Shown here one piece after another: positions 40,021 to 52,877 of a stretch of 64,000 nucleotides of DNA. Within the stretch, counting starts at the first letter, position 1, and each line of letters starts with the position of its first letter. The notes beneath the pieces were generated by a model. That model was not told the origin of the DNA and searched no databases. It saw nothing but the letters and a program-made list of their open reading frames with translations. The translations under genes were made by a program, and so were the position numbers. Source of the DNA: Azolla caroliniana (lineage: Eukaryota; Plantae; Polypodiophyta). The stretch lies in the NCBI GenBank assembly GCA_043228905.1, contig JBHGNT010000002.1:27032001-27096000 (forward strand), in the 5' to 3' direction.

Positions 40021-40520
40021 TTCATCTAACAATTGCCAAAGAAATGTAATGCATTGTTGGATATACAATTGCATGATCTCAATCTATACCAAACCTTGTG
40101 ATACGTAACGTTCATCCAACAATTGCGAAATAAATGTAATGCATTGTTGGATATACAATTGCATGATCTCAATCTATACCAAACCTTGTTATGCATAACA
40201 ATCAACAACCTCGCTCATGAGCATATTGTAAAACCTCCTAATGATTAGTAATTGTGCTTCCATAAAGGAGAGGTAATCTAACCCTAAGATGTCTATGAGG
40301 ACAATTGGGAAAATTGGAGGTTTCAACATTGTAAAAATGGTTAGTATAGAATTCTACCCTAACCCTAAGATGTCTATGAGCACAATTGGGAAAACAGGAG
40401 GTTTCTGACATTGTAAAAATGGTTAGTATACAACCTCTCTCATGAGCATATTGTAAAACCTCCTAATGATCAGTAGTCGTGCTTCCCTAAAGGAGAGGTA
40501 ATCTAACCCTAAGACGTCTA
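40021..40520. repeat. Cluster of nested local duplications (90-bp x2, about 81-bp x2, about 224-bp x2)
   Basis: The 90-bp unit is at 40021 and 40111; 'caacctcNctcatgagcatattgtaaaacctcc' is at about 40207 and 40431; 'taaccctaaga' is at about 40279, 40360 and 40504. Confidence 0.8.
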
Positions 40521-40650
40521 TAAGCTAGCCTTTGTAAATTGGAAATTGACCTAGACGACATCGTGCTTCCAACCCTAAACCCTAAACCCCACCCCCCCTC
40601 CACCCGTTTCCAAGTGACAGAAACATTTGTAATGTTTAGTCCTCATTAAG

Positions 40651-40998
40651 GTACATTATTCGTATTTTGCATTTTTTATTATTATCAAACAATGCCTAAT
40701 TTTCTTGTGATAAACGTTACGCAAATTCTCATCATATTTTACCCATTTACAGAATTTCACATCATGGAACCTTACGGTTCTTGAGCTTTTACGGATACGA
40801 CAGCGAGAATTGCTTGAGGTAGATGTGATCAAAGGTGGTTCCATTCTCTGTCATGTGTTAATGGAGGAATGAGCCATTTGGGTACATTCTTCGTATTTGC
40901 ATTTTTATCAATTGAATGCCAATTTTCACATGATAAATTTTACGAAAAGCTTAATCATATTTCACCTATTTAGATAATTTCACATCATGGAACCTTAT
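40651..40998. repeat. Diverged direct repeat, about 231-bp spacing
   Basis: 'gtacattNttcgtattt..tttcacatcatggaacctta' occurs at about 40651-40775 and 40882-40998. Confidence 0.65.
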
Positions 40999-42329
40999 AT
41001 GTATCTACATGGCTGTCTATCCCATCTGGCCTGCACTTGATCAAGATTTCATGCTTCAAATTTTATTCCCAAGCTATGTGCACATTTTTAAATTGTAAAG
41101 CAAAAGTTTAACCAAATGGAAGAAATTGGGTGTAGATGTTTGAAATATATAACTTTGCTATTAGAAAATAAGAACATAATGCTTGCCTTCTTTGTTCTGG
41201 ATTTCTTGTTCACGCTGGAATTTTTATCAGACTTTTGTAAGCCTCCATGGGATTGAAAGTTACGTCTTCCAGAAGCTACATCTATTTAAGAAATATTATA
41301 TTTTAGATTATTCTTTGGTTTGGAATGCGATTACTACCATGCCACAAACTGGACTTTCAAACCTTAGTTGAATTCCTGTGTCTGAAGAATTTGAGATCTC
41401 GTTTACTCTGTTTTCCCATCACTATCTACAAAAGAAAATTCAATGTTATTCATAATCGATAATCTATAATCTTTTCATGATTTTTTAAAATTATTCCGTA
41501 GAATCTGATCGCAGATTGATTGTGGCATCACATTGCATTATCAGGATGGAGGATTCAACATAACACACATACATATGGATGTTGATGAAGTGGTGTTATT
41601 CTTGAAAATGGGCATAGTATTGATGCATGAGAGTTTTTTGGCTATAGACAAAGAGCTCCAAAAAACACAAGCTGAAGAGAAGCTTCTATATTATGCTCTT
41701 GATAAGCGTGAAGTATATCTCTCTACATCAATCACTACGTTGTCCTCTTGATTTGAGGGTGTCTAGATCACATCAATGCTCAGATGGATTTTACTCACTT
41801 AGAAAGATTGTTTAAAGGAATCTAGAAGGCTCTCTATTCAATCCCTACATTCTGCAACAGAAACTAGTGAAGTATGTTTGTCAGTGACATTTGAACTCAG
41901 GTGCACCAGAAAAAATAAATCATGTCTTACCACTAGGGTATAACCCTAAACAGAAAAGGATGATGGTGACCACAGATGGTTGGAATATTGATTGAGATCA
42001 GGAGTTCATACATTCACGATTTTACTTTGAGAGAGAGAATGAGAAAGAATGCTATATTAAGCATATTTGAGACCAAAAACAACATTTGAAACAAATCATA
42101 ACAACAAATATGCAAATTCGTGATGTGAAATTATGTCCAAAAGTAGTGTAGGTGAGGATGAATCGCGGATCAATTATATTCTCCAAATTGCGTTGATAGG
42201 AGGATGGAAGGATGAGGATGTGATTCAAAAAATTGGTAAGTTGCTAGCTCCCTGACAATGGTACCTGAATTTTGACTCATTTATGAAATCAGACAGATTT
42301 AGTTGCAGGAATGAGAACTTCTGATTGTG

Positions 42330-42750
42330 CTTGAGTATTGCATGATTGTGTGAACAGTAGAAACTCGCCGTGAGTATGACTTCAAGTTTGCTAGAGGAAC
42401 TGTGTCATGGAGGTCAAGACTCCAAGAGTGCGGAGTGATGTGGACAATGCAAGCAGAGTATGTTGTGGCCAGTGAAGTGTCCAAGGAGGCATTATGGCTT
42501 TCTGGCCTGCTGGTTGAAAAGAGAGTAACCTGCCAAAACCCAACTCTCTATTTTGATTGTCAGGGCATGATCACTTTGGCATGGAGTCGGATTGTTTACC
42601 GAAAGATGTAGCATATTGAGATGCAACACCACTTCATACCAGTCTGAGTACAAAATAACCAATTTTTCTATTGAAGGGATGTCTATTGGAAAATGTGGCA
42701 ATTGATCTGATGAAAGGCTCTCTCTGTTACCTGTTTCAAACATTGTTGTG
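42330..42750 (+). mobile_element. Degenerate Ty1/copia RNase H fragment
   Basis: Reads VSWRSRLQE..TMQAEYVVASEVSKEALWL..PTLYFDCQ, with a stop codon in the KHI region. Confidence 0.75.
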
Positions 42751-43581
42751 GACTGATGAATTACTCTATATTGTTGTCATGAAAGCTTTGCCTAGTGTTG
42801 ATTTGTAAGGTTGCAAATTTGATCATTAAATAACAAACAATTGCATTTGAACAATCAATTGTTATCACAGTGCTCACAATTTTGAGTGTAATTGGGTGGT
42901 AAGCTTTTCTCCCTTTCTTGATGGTATTTAACTTTTATAGAAGTTTCCCTTAACCTTTAGCATCAAATTTGTTGAAAGTATTTAATAAATGGCCTTGTCA
43001 TGGACAAGTGATCTGAGCTTATTGATGTCATATGACCAAGATGTGTAATCCAATTCTGTATAGTGTCTATTATATATCTGCACATTTCATAATAGCAATA
43101 AAGAAATTTCCCCATATAATAATTTGTCATGCAGGGCATCTTAATTTACGAAAACCTTAATTATTTTTACAAAAACCTTGCTTGTTTTATGTGCAGTCTC
43201 AAAAACAAGTTTTACAATATCTTTTCACACCAGGGTTTTGAAGCATACATTGGCTCTTCTTGGAGAGTGTTGTATGTAATGAAGACTTGCATTAATTTGG
43301 TTTGTACCATTTGAACAATGCCAAACTCTTTCAATGCATGAATATTCTTATCGATGTTTTCATCCTTAAGAACAACATTCGACTTTGTGTAATGATATGA
43401 CACAAATATGGCACAACTTGTACAATATATGGAGGACTTGAGAATGAGGCATTAGGACAAAGCAAGTTTGGGTATGTGAGGATGTTTTTAGTGTCCAGAA
43501 CAGCCCAAAGTGGCAATCCTTAGTTTAGACATTGATGAGGAAGCACGGTGCTAATGTGAGATAAGTTGCCAAATAAAATGC

Positions 43582-44688
43582 TTAAGAGTGTGTTTGGCCA
43601 TGTCTTGTGTAGTATGCCTTGTATCCTCTATTTACAACAATGGGTTTGTATCCAATTGCATTTCTCAATGTGGGCAACACATACCACCAACATACAACAC
43701 CTAGAATTGCAATGATATAGCCGGTGACTAGGCCACTAAGGCCCAACACAATCCCTATGACCTCAAGAGTCTTGCCCACTTTCTCTTTCCATTTTTCATT
43801 CTCATCAGATGCAATGGTAGCATTTGGGGACTGCAAATTGAGACTTGAACTGGATTTATTGTCCTTGTTGACATCTTGAAATGGAAGTGACTTAGAACTC
43901 ATGATCATGTTATAATCCTTCTTTGAAGAAGAAGAAGAAGAAGAAGGGATATATGCACTCTTAGAATTCCTCGAATCTTTAGATGGGGCAGAACACTTGA
44001 TTTTGCAACCCCTAGTCTTTGTCTTCGAATTGTTATCATTCTTGGGTGTTGTTGCTGTTGCTGCTTCTTCTTCTTCTGTTTCAATGGATTTGTATTTTGT
44101 TTGGTTTTGGGTTTCTACTTTTGGTAGACTTTGTATATTAGCAGCATCAGCTGACCTCGAAGACAAGATCACAGGATTGGCTGAAGTGGTGGGAGAGTCA
44201 AAACCCTGATCATGACTATTATTGTCACTCGATGGAAGATTTAGAACATGCCTCCTAATTGTTAGGGCCCGAAGAAGCTTAGCCATCACCGTTGACCTAG
44301 AAACAGGGGCCTTGTGATTCATAACATTTTTCTTTGGATTAGCATTAGCTTTAGGGTAGGGATTGGGATTAAGATTAGGTTGAAGTTTAGGGTTAGGATT
44401 GTGATCGGGATTAGGATTAGGATTAGGATTAAGATTAGAATTGGGATTGGGATTAATGGTCTTCTCTATGAATTGATCGTATAATAGAGCAGTAGACAAT
44501 GTGTTATTCATGTATTGATAGCCCAACGATTTCTCTCTTCTTAATGCTTCAAGCTCTGCACAAACCAAAGCCCACCTCTCTAGCCCTCTTCCAGAATAGG
44601 GGTTACTTGACCTGGGCTTGGTGCCCAACTTGTGTCGTGAGCTAGGCTTGGTTATGGAAGACAAAACATTAGTCTTCTTCCATATCAT
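43582..44688 (-). CDS. ZCF37: ZCF37-like plant protein (intronless; C-terminal transmembrane segment), about 368 aa
   Basis: Single long ORF with the N-terminal motif NPYSGRGLERWALVCAELEALRREK (cf. the recalled family motif NPYSxRGLDKFSALLAELE) and hydrophobic C-terminus IGIVLGLSGLVTGYIIAILGVVCWWYVLPTL. The likely ATG is at 44688; an alternative upstream ATG is at 44811. Confidence 0.72.
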   Translation of the reverse strand: MIWKKTNVLSSITKPSSRHKLGTKPRSSNPYSGRGLERWALVCAELEALRREKSLGYQYMNNTLSTALLYDQFIEKTINPNPNSNLNPNPNPNPDHNPNPKLQPNLNPNPYPKANANPKKNVMNHKAPVSRSTVMAKLLRALTIRRHVLNLPSSDNNSHDQGFDSPTTSANPVILSSRSADAANIQSLPKVETQNQTKYKSIETEEEEAATATTPKNDNNSKTKTRGCKIKCSAPSKDSRNSKSAYIPSSSSSSSKKDYNMIMSSKSLPFQDVNKDNKSSSSLNLQSPNATIASDENEKWKEKVGKTLEVIGIVLGLSGLVTGYIIAILGVVCWWYVLPTLRNAIGYKPIVVNRGYKAYYTRHGQTHS

Positions 44689-45407
44689 GGTTAATGAGTT
44701 AGGATGAAGGCTAATCAAAAGTCTTCTTACTATTGTAGAAGTCTTGTGTGTGTGTGTGTGTTGATGGGGTCCTAATAAAATTGAGAAAGTGGTTCTTTCA
44801 TATATGTACATATGTATGTATATGTGCTTGTGTTATTCTAATGCATTGACTTCGTAAAGCATTTTTTTAAAGAAGAAGGCTTGTCGGGCAAGGCATCCAA
44901 ACCTCTATAGACCTTCTTTCCAAGTTATTCTAAACCACGCGTTCGGTTGATGTTTGATCGAAACCATGGGGTTTGGGTCTTTGGGGTTGATGCTTGATCA
45001 AAACCATGGGGCTTGGATCATCTGGCTCTGCAATCAGGAGGAAGTCCACTTTGTGAGAACATGTATACCCACCTCAACTTTGTAATGGCAAGGCATGCCA
45101 CATTTTATTAGATTATTAATCATATCAACTTGTATGCATGCCTCGTTTTACAAAACATGTTTCGTTTTATTAATTAATATCCACATTAAACTACAATTGT
45201 TCCAAACATATTTGTTCATGACTCCTATACGTAAAAGACCACCGTAATAAAATTATAATTAAGTAAAGTCTCACTACACCTCCGCTATTCATTCAAGTAG
45301 AAGAAACCAAATCATAGTATATTATGAAAAAAATAATGGCCAAACCAAAACAATTCAAAAGAAAAATTGGACAAATAATATGTTATAGCCATTATTAGGT
45401 TTCATAT

Positions 45408-45859
45408 TGTTACGGGCATGACCATATAATATCCCGTGGTAAGAATTTACCATAGTATTTTATACACGTGGATAAGTGTGAGGGTTAAACGAAAGTGTAA
45501 AGAAGGGGAGGATTACTTTTAATCCTCGGGATTTAGACAACCCATTAAGCCAAGTGTGAACTTGCTTGGGGGCCTTGGGTATCGCTATAAATATGAGGCC
45601 TAACTACCCTCATTTCATCATATCTTGACTACGTCGAGACTCTGTTTCGTGGTGGGTCAACTCTTGTAGCGAGTGTGCCAACGTTAGGTATGACTCGACG
45701 CCACGACGGTGGTATGGGACACCGATCGAGGCTCGAGTCCGTCTCGATCCCTTCGCTCGGGGGTGGTCGGGTGGATCAACACCCTTCCTTCTCTCTCTCC
45801 TTTCTATCTATCTATCTTTTATCCTTATCATATGCTTACTTCAGATCATAACTCTAACA
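45408..45859 (+). mobile_element. Solo LTR, 452 bp
   Basis: TGTTA...TAACA termini, perfect 5-bp TSD CATAT on both sides (45403-45407 and 45860-45864), and an internal TATAAATA at about 45587. Confidence 0.88.
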
Positions 45860-47099
45860 CATATAATGCACAATGCACACACTTAGAAGCAAATTGAAAT
45901 CATGTTCATTTTCCCAACACAAACATTAGACAAATCCATATGGAAACAAGAAATGTGTGCGAGTCCCCTTTGTCAACCACTCTCAAGCAAGTCATATATG
46001 TTGCTTGAGCAATTACATGGTTGAATAGGGGCATTCGAAAACATAACAAAATCTTGGTGCATTTGGGGAAATAAAGAAAAAATTCCAAGAGTATTCTAAA
46101 TATTTCCACAATATCAAAGTGGTATATTTAGGATATCTAATGATAGTTAAGCTTGATTATTGGACCTTTTGGCCATGAAAACGGAATGTCTCAAGTCCCT
46201 TGGCATAAAGTTGAACATTCCCAAGTCTTGTGATGATCCTAACATACGTGGATTAATCCTTTTTTATTATGGGAATACTTGTCTCCAAGATACTTGCCTT
46301 GTACTTCAAGTTGCAACCTACATGCTTAATTACTTATGAGCACTTGAATATATCAAAGCCATCCATATTGTTAATGAAATTATTCTTTCTTATTTTTGGT
46401 CATCGAATGCTTAACCTCGGAAAAGAACATACCTTAATTACCAAAAGGAAAATTAAGAAAACCATCTCAAATGATGGCATTGGTGCGTTTGGCTACGTCG
46501 AAGTCTTAAGGGATTTAACCAAGTAATTTGCAAGGTATTCTCTCTCATCATAAAAGGCATTGTATTCAAAACCAGACAGAGGTTTTAGAAACAAATAATC
46601 CTTTGTATATTTGTTTGTTTGTGTGCATACAAATTTCATATAGAATGAGATTAAAAAAACGTTCACCCCGAGGGATAGCCAAATTAAACAGAGTAATGTT
46701 CATGATCCAAAAATATTGATGTTTGAACCCTGAAGTGCCTACAACAATAGTCAAAATTCAACCATGCTTAGTTAAAAAGAGGGCATTGTGTAAGCTTACT
46801 TGAATCAGAAGAGATTGTGTTACTTGAGGATATTGTTAAGTAAGGGGATGATTATAGCATTATTATATGGATGGGTTTATGGTTGTGAGTGGTGAGTCGT
46901 GAGTCGTGACAGAAGGCATGATGTAAGAAGATGTGGGCCACATTAATGATTGTTGCATAGAGATGGAGTAACGAAATAGAGGGTGTTTACTTGGTACGTG
47001 ATGATTGTTTACTTGTTTCTTGACATTTAAAACATCGGGTCAAAATACATATTTTTGTCAATGAATACAATATTTCATTCAATTGTAAGTGGAGTTTCA

Positions 47100-48300
47100 A
47101 ATTTGATGTGCAACCTACCAATTTTATTTTTAATACATGCCAATTGTAATGCAATAGAGGATTCTAACTTGGCAATTTGTTGACATTCTAGAAATTTTAT
47201 CAATTGTCCAAAAACACAAACATACAATCAAAACAAATGTGGCAATATAGAAAGATGATGTGTTCCATCCCCCACAAAAATTTAATTACATAGATACATG
47301 TGATGTTATGGAAGGATGATATTTCTACACACATATGATATATTCATTAATGAATGTTATGTTATTATTGATGATCCAATTCTTCATACCTTTCCAACCT
47401 TTAGAGCGTTTGTTTCTCATAACCTTTTTAAATTTGGTCTCATTTGGTGTATTGATAGCAACAAAAACATCAAAAAGCTTAGATTTTCAAGAGAGAGTTG
47501 GCTTTGATCTCTTATTCATCTTAGAAAACCCTCACTCACATACCATGATATGATAGTGACAAAACAAAGATTATCCTCAAAAGTTCCATTATCCATGGAA
47601 AAGTCGTCGTAATCCTAAAAGTAGGTAAAAAAGTGTGAAATGTCATGAATCCATTTCCATCGAGTACATTTCTCATAAAGGATTTAATATGAAAGGTGTT
47701 TAATGTAAGGATGAGAAATTGTTTCAAAGACAACAATTGTGTAGAGTTTTGGAAACATTGGCATAATTGACATGATTGAGAGCAATCTTTTCATAGATTA
47801 TGAAACTCTCAAGAATAGTCTTTGCTTTGCCATGATCATTAATTGCATGTGAGGGTTTTCTAAGAGGAATAAAAGACCAAAAACAACTCTCTCTTGAAAA
47901 TCCAAATTGTTCATGTTTATAGTCATCAATACATCAAATGAGACCAAATTTAAAGAGGTTATGCAGAACAAACACTTAAGGCTAGGAAAAATATAAAGAA
48001 TAGGATTGCCAACATAACATTACCAATGAATATTTTATGACGCGTAAAAATACCATCCAACGAAAATATTATTTGGATTTATGTAATTAATACCTTTCTT
48101 ACAATGGATCACATAATCTTTCAATAATTTACCTTGTTTTCATTGTTGCAAGCTATAATATTATATGGACCTATAAAAATGTCTTAAATTTGTGCATTTG
48201 ATTTGGACAATCAATAAAATGTTTAGAATGTCAATAAATTGCCATGTAACATAGTATGATTCACATGGTCTAAGAATACACGTCATTTTTTTGGAAAAAA
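47100..48300. mobile_element. Fold-back / Mutator-like element with about 500-bp diverged inverted arms
   Basis: 47170-47213 pairs with 48202-48245, 47421-47540 pairs with 47846-47960, and 47545-47615 pairs with 47770-47840. Confidence 0.72.
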
Positions 48301-48826
48301 GAAGAAGAATACATGTCAAATGAAAAGATTGGTTGCTCACCACATCCTAAAGTCAATCATGAACTTGGTATTATATTAGCCAAAGATTTTGACCTTCCAT
48401 AAATTACTCGTTAAAATACTAATGATCTTCTAAAATCTATATATCAACTCTGATTAAAATTAATAAGGAACATTCACAGAATTAATGGTACAATTAATCC
48501 CTACCTTCAGTCTTATATTTAACCAATGTTTCAAAGAAGATCATCAAACTCTTTAACATACCCAGGAGGTTATGGTGGATAGGAGTAAATATACACAAAG
48601 TGAGAGCTTGAAAGATAAAGTGTGATTATTTGCATAGCAGAACTTTGCCACGACTTTACTCTCAATTGCAATTACTTTATCATCATCTTTATATTAACCA
48701 TGTCTTTCCTCGTTCACCATGATCTAGTACAGCTTCAATATGCTTAAAACAGCTGTACAAAAATTAAATGAATTAGTTACATTTTTTATTCTTAATACAT
48801 CACCATATCTGATAATGGGAATAAAG

Positions 48827-51800
48827 TTAAAAGCAGTTGTCGCTAGCATCATCATCATCATCATCATCATCACCATCATCAAGTTCCAAGCTTGGAGTAC
48901 CACTTGACCCTGTATCCAGTGCAGCCTACAAGAAACAATAATAATAATGCCGAGTATGATTCAATACACCATCTAAAACAGCTCTCAATAATAACAAAGA
49001 AAAAACCAAATAATCTTCACTTGTAATAATTAAACTTTCATCCATGATATCAAGTTAGTCCCTTCATGGAGAGGTGTTATTTTCATTTAAAAACAAGGAA
49101 TCTTGAGAAACATTTATGGACATTTTGATTTCTGTAAGTACAAAAAAATACAAACATGCATAGTTTAGATTTTACAGCTAACATTTCTATTAGTATCAAT
49201 TAAAGTAGAACCTTGCACAAGAAAACCATGGCTATCTTATCAAATAATATTAAGATACACAATACAGTTTCCTTTACAATAGAGTCAGCAACGAACTTCA
49301 AAATTAGGAACTGCCGACTCTTTATGCTATTTTACATGATATTATTGCTACATTGGAGACATTATTGTTTAATTTATATAAGGCGATAAGTAGACCTATA
49401 TCATCTCCCACACCATTTTAACGTTTGTGTGTTGAGATTAGATACTTTATCATTTGAAGTTACTCATACCATTGTTTTCTACAATCTTATGACTGTGTAC
49501 TCCTCATGGTCTTGTGCATCCTTCATGGTACTGGGGAACAAACCCACAAATAAAATCTAAGCCAACCCAATGCCAATAAAGCCAAATCAGGCATACATCC
49601 ACTGAAATCATATCCATCTCAATTCACTGCCAGATTCAAAACTATTAATCCTTCTAGTTACTTACTGCATGCGTTTTACTTCTTGTTTTGTCTATGTAAA
49701 GGTTTTGTCCAACTTTGCATCCTATACTCAGGCACATAAATCTCTCAATTTTTAATTCCTTCACAACCTCAGACACATCCAACCAACTTAGGTGGCATCC
49801 ACATTTTCTTTTGCTTGTGTGATTCGCTGGTTTTCAAAGCTTTTATCAGAGGTGGTTGATTTCAATTATCGGATGTGAGCATACCTTTATATATGGCTAG
49901 GCCTTCCAATGACAACCTTTATCATCATTTTAAATATTGTTGACATTCTTATTTTGTTATCATTTGCCTCATGATTACTGACTCTGCCATCATGCTTTTT
50001 TTACATAGTTCAACTTTTGGAAGTTCAAGAAGTGAAGATAATGTTGAGAGCTCTTAACAAATCTATTTTGACACATTGGGACTACCTTAAAACCTCTAGG
50101 ACAAAGTCAAACTTGATCAGGAGATGACAAGACTGTTCAGAATCTTCGGCAAAAGGTAGTGACAACTTCATAAACCTACTGGAAGGGATATCTATCAAGC
50201 AACAAGACGGCCACCCACCAACAATGTTTCCGATTTGTGTAATCCACAAAGAGAACGTAATAATAACAAGTGAACATAGACCTACGAGTCGTGGAAACAA
50301 TTTGATAATCAGATTCATTGAAACCAAATGTTGTGGTCAGCTGCTTGCTCAAACTTCGAGAAGGAGGATTCAATAACAAGATTCACCTAGGAGAGTGGGA
50401 GAAGAAATTTCATATGAAAAGCATTTGGTAAGATAGTAGAAGTGCACAATCATATCCAATCAAAAGACCAACACGAGAATCTACTCAAACCAGGAGAAGA
50501 ACATATTCGAGGGAGACAACGAGAGGCGCTAAAACAATGACATTCCACAAGTATTTATGACGCTATTGGTTACCTTCTAATCGAGCTCTATGAATTTACA
50601 ACCTATGTATCCACCATGACAGCTGTTACATGACATATTGGTTAACTAGGTAACTACATACAAAATCAAAACAACCCTGTGCTAAGAGTGGTGCACACGC
50701 ACGACTCACAAACATGTACACTACAATTAGTATACACATTTTGGCGTAAGATTTTATCCCTAATCTTTCTGAGGACTCAAAAGCTTTCACTTGGACCCTT
50801 CACATATCAAGCAAAGCTACCACGTTAATTTACTCTGCCAAAAAAATATGTCAAATGGGCAAATGATTATGACTGTTCCATCGCAATTAGATAAAACGTG
50901 ATTCAAGTTTATGTCTAAATTCTCTTCAGTGCAGGCAATTGAATATCAGATGTGCATCATATCAAATTATATAAACATCTCTCAAAATACATCTACTGAG
51001 GAAAAATTAACTGTTGTTGTCGTGCCATGGAAAAACCCAACTGTTGTTGCCGTGCCATGGAATCTCACTGGGTGAAAATTGATATCCTTAAAAGAAATTC
51101 CACTCAAATTATATGACAAGGTTAGACGCGACACAAGCTAACAGCTTTGAACATGTATACAAACAACTGTTAACCCCAGAACTGGGTATACTACAATCCC
51201 CGCTTTAAGCAATTTGTGACTGTTTTGTTATAGCTTTTAAACAGTGGTGAGTCTCATCATATAATACTGTAGATTGAGTGAGATGTACCTAGGAATCCCT
51301 GAGTTGTTACTCATCTATGTTATTGGGGATACAATTTGCAACTGTGGATAAAAGAGTTGCACAAGCATAGGACTCTTCCACCTAAATACATAACCTGAGA
51401 AGAATAAACTGAAAAGACTAGAGAGTTCTGAGCATCACAGAATGGGATCAACAGCATCAAAAGCTGAAAACACTACTTTCTCAATTTGTAACAATTTGAC
51501 GTAAGAATAATAAATGAAATATGAGCTGCAGTGGTACATATATAGGGCCATTATGTGTCTACACACATTGGGCTTCTTGTTACATGTAATAATATTATTA
51601 AAGCCAAGTATATGAGCCATAGGAACCAAGCAGGACATTCAAAACTGCCTAATATTTCTTCAAACGTAGATTAACAGAAATACTTACAATATCTGTTTTG
51701 ACATTTCCTAAATCAACACTGATACTGCTAGCTCTTTGGGATGCTCTTAAATAGATATCACCCTCTGTTGTTGCTTGGTCATAATCTGTTGTCTCAGAAC

Positions 51801-52139
51801 CCAGCTGATCATTATCATCAATTGAGAGGGATGTGATGTCTACACCCTGCAGAAACTTGATTTCCTGCACCCATAAGGATAGAGTCAAAGAAGTTTTCTA
51901 TTAAGATTTTTCCAATGCTTTCCGACAATGATAAAAATCTGAGACATACCTCTTCCTGGTAACGACGTTGCAATGATTTCATCTTTCTTTGAACCTCTTC
52001 GTGCTTTTTTTGTTCTGCTAAATGAAACCCTTGCAATTGGGCTTCTAACCATTCTAAATTACGAAAACGTTCAACGTACTCTGGGAAAAGTTCTTGTAGT
52101 TCCTTCTTCAAAACTTCAAATTCATCCATGTATGCAGGC
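48827..52139 (-). CDS. CLUAP1: Clusterin-associated protein 1 / intraflagellar transport protein 38, 3' exons only
   Basis: Exon 52139-51950 reads RPAYMDEFEVLKKELQELFPEYVERFRNLEWLEAQL..EQKKHEE (cf. the recalled CLUAP1 RPAFMDEYEK.EEEL..Y..YLEKF.NL.YLE.QL). Exon 51864-51688 starts EIKFLQG. The last exon, 48925-48827, gives the acidic tail DDGDDDDDDDDASDNCF*. Small middle exons are possible; 5' exons were not found in the window. Confidence 0.85.
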
Positions 52140-52349
52140 CTATAGAAGACGAAAGGAAAGTTTAAAAGAGAAATTGTCTGTCTCATCATCTAATAGCAGA
52201 ATTATAATATACCCCAATCATGACTATATGTATTAACATTAATCTTCTCTCATGGCATCACATCCTCCTTGGTCCAGGTTCCCCACCATCCCGCTCAAGT
52301 AGCACACGCACACGCGTTTACAAAAAATCTTAGGTGAACCCTATAAAAG

Positions 52350-52870
52350 AGCGGCAAGGGAAGATGACAATGGAAGGAGAAAGGCTTTGCAACCATGATG
52401 ACTGTGGTGATGGACTGCATGTTCCAAGAAAGAGAAACATGACCGGGCTAGATAGAGCCATAGAGATGATCATGCGAAAGACACCTCACGCTACTTGTTT
52501 GGTTGGAGGCTTACAAAGCCGAGATGCTTATGAGAGACATACCAGATGAGGCGGTTAAGCAACTTCGCAAGGTCGTAATGCCAAGCCTCCACACGGAGGT
52601 GCTCGAATTACAAGCAGAGAGCCACAGTTGGGAGGATTTTGAGAGAGGATTGTTGGAAGCGTATGACTACATTTGACTCAAGTAAAATTCTATTATTCCT
52701 CAAGGGGCATTGGTTGGCCATAAAAAGGGCATGCAGCCGCTTCAACAAGTGGCAACAATGGGCTGATGAAGTCTTCTCAAGTGGCCAACTTGCGATAGAA
52801 AGAAGGCCTTACCACATGGAGGTCATTGGAATGGCGGAAAGAAGGGGCTGACCAATTGAAAAATGAGAAG
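52350..52870 (+). mobile_element. Ty3/gypsy gag relic
   Basis: 'KVVMPSLHTEVLELQAESHSWEDFERGLLEAYD' contains a retrotransposon-gag-type W..F...L..Y motif. Confidence 0.45.
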
Positions 52871-52877
52871 GCATGTC

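Noticed and set aside
40021-40520. CRISPR-like repeat-spacer array
   Set aside because: Eukaryotic context, long irregular duplicated units, no unique equal-length spacers and no cas genes.
40571-40590. Interstitial telomeric array
   Set aside because: Only about two CCCTAAA units, too short to call.
49020-51400. Candidate middle exons of CLUAP1 (near 51290-51394, 49470-49530 and 49020-49130)
   Set aside because: They have plausible splice sites, but I could not build a stop-free chain through them, and the direct join 51688 to 48925 is in frame.
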